From the NCBI GenBank assembly GCA_900128395.1, contig LT649325.1, positions 1 through 37,510 on the forward strand: a DNA stretch of 37,510 nt, in the 5' to 3' direction. The notes under the pieces were generated by a model. The model was not told the origin of the DNA. It saw only the letters and a program-made list of their open reading frames with translations, and searched no databases. The translations under genes were made by a program, and so were the position numbers. Positions 31,450 through 37,510 of this stretch are shown piece by piece. The DNA comes from Stramenopiles sp. TOSAG23-2. Taxonomy: Eukaryota. The number at the start of each line of letters is the position of its first letter. Positions within the stretch are counted from its first letter, which is position 1.

Positions 31450-34116
31450 ATGGCGTCTTCTTCTTCCACAACCTCCTTCTCCACCATCCCCAACAACAAT
31501 ACCAAACAAGATGATTTAGAATTTGATATTCATTTTTATTTAAATGAAAATGGTGTACAAGATAGTGAAAATGCACATTATTGGGTAACTGATAATAATA
31601 ATAATAATAATAATAATAACCACAATAATAACTACAATAACAACAACAACAGCAGTAACGATAAATGGGAGGAAAACATCATGATTAGATCTGGTGTTAT
31701 GGCACGTGGTAAAATAAATACAAGCACATTGAATGAAGATGCTGAACGTGCAACGTTAAAGATACATAATATTAAACCTGAATTTTTAGATGGTAAAGTG
31801 ACATTTTCGAAACAAACAAAACAAGTTCTGACAGTCCGTGATCCAACATCTGATATAGCTGTCTTGTCTAAAAAAGGCAGTGCATTGTGTGCTTCAAGAC
31901 GTTTGGTACGTGATCGGAATAAAATGCGAAAACGATTTTGGGAACTAGGTGGAACAAAAATGGGTAATTTGCTTGGCGTGGAAAAAAAACAAGATCAACA
32001 AGATCAACAAGAAAAAAAAGTAGAATTAAATGAAAATGGGGAGATTGATTATAAAAAAACAAATAATTTTAAACATTTAGTACAAAAAGCAAATGAGCAA
32101 GAAGCAGTTAGTGACTTTGGTAAAAATTTGACATTGAAGCAGCAACGACAATTTTTACCAATATTTACAGTTAAAGATGAATTACTTCGTATCATAAGTG
32201 AAAACAATATTGTAGTTGTAGTAGGAGAGACTGGTAGTGGTAAAACTACACAGCTCACTCAATATTTATATGAAGCTGGTTATGCAAATTCTGATCAAAG
32301 AATTGGATGTACACAACCAAGACGTGTTGCTGCAATGAGTGTAGCAAATCGTGTTGCACAAGAATTTGGTTCTGTATTGGGGGAAGAAGTTGGTTATGCT
32401 ATTCGTTTTGAAAATTGTACTAGCGAAAAAACAAAAATTAAATATATGACTGATGGTATTTTATTACGTGAAAGTTTGCAAAATAAGGACTTAGAGCAAT
32501 ATAGTGCAATTGTTATGGATGAAGCGCATGAGCGAAGTTTAAATACTGACGTTTTATTTGGCGTATTACGTAGTATAGTACAACGTCGTCGTGATTTTAA
32601 ATTAATAGTTACAAGTGCAACTATGGATGCAAATAAATTTAGTAATTTTTTCGGCTCATGTGCCACGTTTCACATCCCAGGTCGCACATTTCCAGTACAA
32701 ACATTTCATAAGCAATCCGCTTCAGATGATTATGTTGAAGAAGCTGTACGGCAAGCAATACGTATCCATCTACAACAACCAGCTGGTGATGTATTGATTT
32801 TCATGTCCGGGCAGGAAGATATTGTAACTACGTGTGAAGTATTAGCAGAACGTATTGAGGAATTACAAGCAGATGGGGGAGGAGTTGCACCATTATTAAT
32901 TTTGCCAATGTATTCTCAATTGCCATCGGATTTACAAGCAAAAATTTTTGAGCGATCAGAAGATGGAGCACGAAAAATTGTAGTGTCCACAAATATCGCA
33001 GAGACGTCATTAACGGTTGATGGTATTAAATATGTTATCGACAGCGGTTTTTTCAAATTGAAAGTATTCAATCCAAAAATTGGTATGGATGCTTTGCAAT
33101 TGACCCCAGTCAGTCAAGCAAGTGCGAAGCAACGTTCTGGGAGAGCTGGTAGAACAGGTCCAGGTGTATGCTTTCGCTTATATACTGATAATTGTTTTAA
33201 TCGTGAATTGTTGGCTACGAATATACCAGAAATTCAACGTACGAATTTAGCAAACGTAGTTTTACTTTTAAAATCAATGGGAATTAAAGATTTGAAAACA
33301 TTTGATTTTATGGATCCACCACCACATGATAATATTGTGAATTCAATGTACCAATTATGGATGCTGGGTGCATTAGATGATGTTGGGGATTTAACAGATA
33401 TTGGAAAAAAATTAGTCCAGTTCCCAGTTGAACCACAAATGTCAAAAATGTTAATATATGCAAGTAAAAATGGTTGCACGGATGAAATTGTAACAATTGT
33501 TGCGATGTTATCCGTCCCTGAAGTATTTTATCGACCAAAAGATCGCGAACAGGAAAGTGATAAAGCAAGGGAGCGGTTTTTTGTACCGGAAAGTGATCAT
33601 TGCACGTTGTTAAACATATATAAGCAATGGAAACGACATAATTATAAAGCAACTTGGTGTGCAGATCATTTTTTACATGTTAAAGCTTTGAGAAAAGCTC
33701 GTGAAATTCGATCTCAATTAATTGATATTTTAAAACAACAAAAAATACCATTAAACAGCTGTGGCACCAAGTGGGATCCAGTTCGTAAGGTGATTACCTC
33801 TGCTTATTTTTACAATGCTGCGAGTATTAAAGGTATTGGTGCATATGTAAATATGTTAACTGGTACACCTGCTGCACTTCATCCTAGTAGCGCGTTGAGT
33901 GGTTTAGGATATACGCCAGATTATGTTGTATATCATGAACTTGTATTGACAACAAAAGAATATATGAGAAATGTCACAGCAGTTGATGCAGAATGGTTAG
34001 CAGAGTTAGGGCCGATGTTTTTCACTTTAAAAGGCCAGGAAAGTAAATATTTACTAGAAAAGGCAAAAGCAAAAACCGCCATGTCTAATGATAATACTAT
34101 GGTGAAAGTTGCTGAC

Positions 34117-34156
<40 letters not shown>

Positions 34157-34326
34157 TTTCACAAGGAAGGGATGGAGAAGAAGATGAAGAAGAGGAAGGT
34201 TTGGATTTATTTAAATTTCGAAAAAGAAAGAAGAAAAGACAAAGGACATCTATGAAACAAGGTGATAATATTGGTGGAGTAACATTTGGTGGTAAAAAGA
34301 ATAGACGCAGAAGGTTTGGTTTGTAG
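31450..34326 (+). CDS. PRP16: Pre-mRNA splicing DEAH-box helicase Prp16/DHX38
   Basis: [25 protein letters not shown]; Prp16-specific [27 protein letters not shown] and [13 protein letters not shown]. Confidence 0.96.
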
Positions 34327-34481
34327 AGAGAGAGAGAGAGAGAGAGAAATTAGTTAACCCACAGCCAAAGACATAAAAAAAATGATATTAAATGATTACT
34401 GTAAAAAAAAACAATTAGATTTTAAAATATGATGTGTGTTATATAAAAAGAGCGTTAATTAAAATTTCGTTGATATTTGGT

Positions 34482-35126
34482 CTACACACTCCTCCCTTTT
34501 AAATTTTTCTCCTCTTGTAGCCGTTTTTCTTTTTGTTCCAATTCTAATTTATCCCAAAGTTTTTGTGCTTTATCACGATGTTCCGCTGTTAATGGTAATT
34601 CTTTGACGACATGATGATGTTGGCCTTCAAACAATAGCTCTGCAGCAACTTGTGGTATACGATCGTCCGTTTCTGGGTGGGATAGCATGGCCTTATAGTC
34701 TAAATATTTATTTCTATTTTTCTTTGCATATTCTGGTGCATCCTCTATGCACCGATCACATGATTGGTATGCTTCTGGGTCATCTTCATGTACATGATGA
34801 CCTTTTACAAGTTGAATTAAAATTTCATGTGTTTGTTCATATTGTTTCATACGATGATCATTATTTGCAAATGCATTATATTTTTTACCAATATTTTCAT
34901 ATGACATGCAACTGGAACAATGCCAACCTTTATCATATAATGGTTTAAATTGTTCTACACGTTCATAATATATTTCATGCAATTGTGCCATATCTCCTAG
35001 ATGTACTAGTTCACCCCATGTTGTTATTGCAGTCCCTGGCAATCCAGCTTGACATGGTTTACCATTCATCAATGGACATTCTTCCTTTGGTATCCAATCT
35101 GCATAAGTAGGTTCAGATCCATCTCG
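34482..35126 (-). CDS. C-terminal portion of a GT17 (MGAT3-like beta-1,4-GlcNAc transferase) protein; 5' end missing
   Basis: GWHCSSCM...KKYNAFANND and DAPEYAKKNRNKY resemble GT17 C-terminal motifs; frame stays open upstream of 35072 (RDGSEPTYADWIPKEECP) with no ATG or leader. Confidence 0.6.
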   Translation of the reverse strand, partial: RDGSEPTYADWIPKEECPLMNGKPCQAGLPGTAITTWGELVHLGDMAQLHEIYYERVEQFKPLYDKGWHCSSCMSYENIGKKYNAFANNDHRMKQYEQTHEILIQLVKGHHVHEDDPEAYQSCDRCIEDAPEYAKKNRNKYLDYKAMLSHPETDDRIPQVAAELLFEGQHHHVVKELPLTAEHRDKAQKLWDKLELEQKEKRLQEEKNLKGRSV

Positions 35127-35129
35127 CGT

Positions 35130-36003
35130 TGCGAGTGGTAATGCAGCTGATGCTAGTGGTCAAAACCAACGTGGTGGCGATGGAGATAAATTAGAAGAAG
35201 GTGACGAAGATGAGAATGAAAGTGGAGGCGATACAAAAGGTCAAACATCGTCCCCGGAAGATGATGAAGAAGATAATTCTGGAGATGTTGATGGCTGTGG
35301 ACCATATGATAACAGCCAAAAAATGACAATTGAAGGTAATGGAGGAACCAAGCACCAAGTCGTAAAAATTGTTAAAGCGCATTTAAGTGATCCTAGTTAT
35401 TTCGATAGAAAACCAGATGAGAAAGACAACACCATGACTATCAAAACTGCATGTATGTTTTATAAAATGCATATGGCTGCAAAAAAAGCAGGTGTTTTAA
35501 TTAGAATTAACAGTGGCTTTCGCACAGTTGGGAGGCAGCAGTATTTTTGGAATTTGTATAAATCTGGAAAAGGCAATTTAGCAGCAAGGCCGGGCACCTC
35601 TCGTCACGGTATTGGGACGGCATTGGATTTAAATACAAATTGTGGCAGGCAAAACCCAGGTAGTGTCCCGACTCAATGCAAATCATCAAATGTATATTGT
35701 TGGATGATTAATAATGCACATAAATATAATTTTAAACGCACAGTTGCAAATGAACCATGGCATTGGGAATTTACAGAAGGTTGGAATGCTGGTCCAGTAA
35801 ATGGTAAATTAAATCATAATGGGCGAAATATAGTGTACGGCCAATTTTCACATGAACCACAACCTGGGGATCCAAACCAAAAATGTAAAAAAAATATACC
35901 AGGAACTTGTACAACACCTGAACAATGCCAATCCAATGGCGGGCAGACAAAAGGTGGCGCATGTAATGGAGGGAGTGATAATGTATGCTGCGTTTCGCAA
36001 TAG
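35130..36003 (+). CDS. M15 (VanY-like D,D-carboxypeptidase/LAS) zinc peptidase with acidic linker and C-terminal six-Cys module; 5' end missing
   Basis: INSGFRT..Q, AARPGTSRHGIGTALD and EPWHWEF motifs; frame open from 35107 through a D/E/G-rich linker with no ATG until 35323. Confidence 0.85.
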
Positions 36004-36229
36004 TAAAAATAAAATCAAAAAATTAAAAGATTATTTAATGATATCATATCATTACGTGAATATTTTATGAAATATGTGACGTATAATGTGATATGATATT
36101 TATGAATGATATCTATGCATAAAAATTATGATATCATAACGTACACACACATCATATTTAAATATATACGGCTTCGTATTTTAAAATGTGTGGTGTGCAA
36201 ATATCACAACATGTACATCATAATGGTTT

Positions 36230-36835
36230 TTATTTTAATATTTTTGCTATAGTAGATATGACGTTTTCAAACATTCCTACATCCTTTTTCCATAAATCGT
36301 TTAAATAATATATGCCTCCAAACCAAATAATGAAAAATGGCATCATCGATGTTGATTGTTGCTGGGATTCCTCTTTCTTTTCCACTTTATTATGAGGTAT
36401 ACGAAGTTTTTGTATCCCATACACTATTAAAAACAAAGATGGAACTAAAATACGATAATAAATTTCATGTAGTAAATACAAGGATACACGGTCCGTTTGA
36501 AATAAAGAATGGCTTAACTTTTGTAAATTTTGTAAACTATAAATTGCTTTGAATAAATTTAATACTAATAACATGGGAGACATAGATGGGCACTTTATTG
36601 AAATATATTCATTTAGCAAAAAATCAGCTATTTGATGGAAGCCGTGTTGCCTTGTTGACACCGTTAAAAGAGACTCGGTATTTGTTAGTGATAATAAATC
36701 AAATCTTCTGAAATCAAAGATTGTATACATTCCACTATCCCATTTAAAAACTCGAATAATTCCATTAACAAAACTTTGTACAGCTAAAAAATGCAATGCT
36801 ATAGATGTATTGTTCTCGAGGTATTTTAAAATCAT
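36230..36835 (-). CDS. Hypothetical membrane protein
   Basis: About 200 codons from ATG at 36835 with several hydrophobic segments and AT-rich flanks; no recognised motif. Confidence 0.55.
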   Translation of the reverse strand: MILKYLENNTSIALHFLAVQSFVNGIIRVFKWDSGMYTIFDFRRFDLLSLTNTESLLTVSTRQHGFHQIADFLLNEYISIKCPSMSPMLLVLNLFKAIYSLQNLQKLSHSLFQTDRVSLYLLHEIYYRILVPSLFLIVYGIQKLRIPHNKVEKKEESQQQSTSMMPFFIIWFGGIYYLNDLWKKDVGMFENVISTIAKILK

Positions 36836-37510
36836 ATTTATATAATACAATAGTTGTTGTTTGATTGCAAATCGTATTTGGTATATATAATTTTATTTTA
36901 TTTTATTTGTTTATTATATGATATTGTACTATAACAAACTTGAAAAACAGTACTAGCAAAGTATTTTTTTACATGGAATCGTGTTTCAAAACTCTCAACA
37001 AAAAATGGATTGCTTTGTGTCTCGATTACTTCTTTATTTTTTGTGATTTACTATTTTACCACGTCAGGTGTTAACCGGCCGATTTGCTCTGTCGAAAAAA
37101 AAGCAATTTTTAGGCAAACGTGTGCCCATGTTAGAATTCCCTGATAGCATAATTAGATTAATAAAAGTACGAGTTATTCAAATTTGTTTGACAACGGTGT
37201 ATTTTCTAGCATTATATACCATTAAATAAGTAGGGGGTCTTACATATAGGTATTATAAATATGTCATTATTAATAAAATATACAAATTAAAACGTTTATA
37301 TATAGAAATATATTTGTATAAATTATATACACTAACGTGGGGGGGGAGAGGGGTCTCACGTCGTCTCACGTCGTCCAAATTTATGATAGGCTCAAACAGT
37401 AGTGTTGTTGATTCAAGTATAAAATAATTTGTCTAAAATCAGAAAAAAAGTTGTGGACACAAATTCAAATTCAAATTTACATAACACCAATCACCAATAT
37501 CACTTATTTA

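Noticed and set aside
36940..37400. Moderately GC-rich non-coding patch and GTCTCACGTC direct repeat near the window end
   Set aside because: No tRNA, snRNA or ORF signature recognised; context is cut off by the window edge

Overview
AT-rich, gene-dense, intron-poor eukaryotic DNA, probably from a heterotrophic protist (a stramenopile-like bacterivore is an inference, not established). About 20 protein-coding genes: SDHD, tripeptidyl-peptidase I (S53), DP transcription factor, a frame-disrupted hypothetical gene, a U-box/Sel1 protein, ferrochelatase, a degenerate G-alpha, an NhaC-family transporter, SEC14-GOLD, long-chain alcohol oxidase, nitronate monooxygenase, aldehyde dehydrogenase, MsrA, a class IV aminotransferase, a stand-alone MLKL-like four-helix-bundle protein, a Cys-rich membrane protein, Prp16, a 5'-truncated GT17 glycosyltransferase, an M15 peptidase with a Cys-rich tail and a hypothetical membrane protein. 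Two GT-AG introns are well supported. No RNA genes, CRISPR arrays or transposases were recognised. Non-coding structure: (i) GC-rich 8-10 bp repeat arrays with a CCAG/CCWGG core upstream of genes, each with its own unit variant; (ii) a recurrent TACGA-N(2-7)-TCGTA palindrome in 3' flanks; (iii) four exact two-copy tandem duplications (117, 105, 219, 99 bp); (iv) a head-to-head join of two start-less genes at a hairpin near 35130. Items iii and iv may be assembly or amplification artefacts. All family calls come from motif recognition by eye, with no database search.
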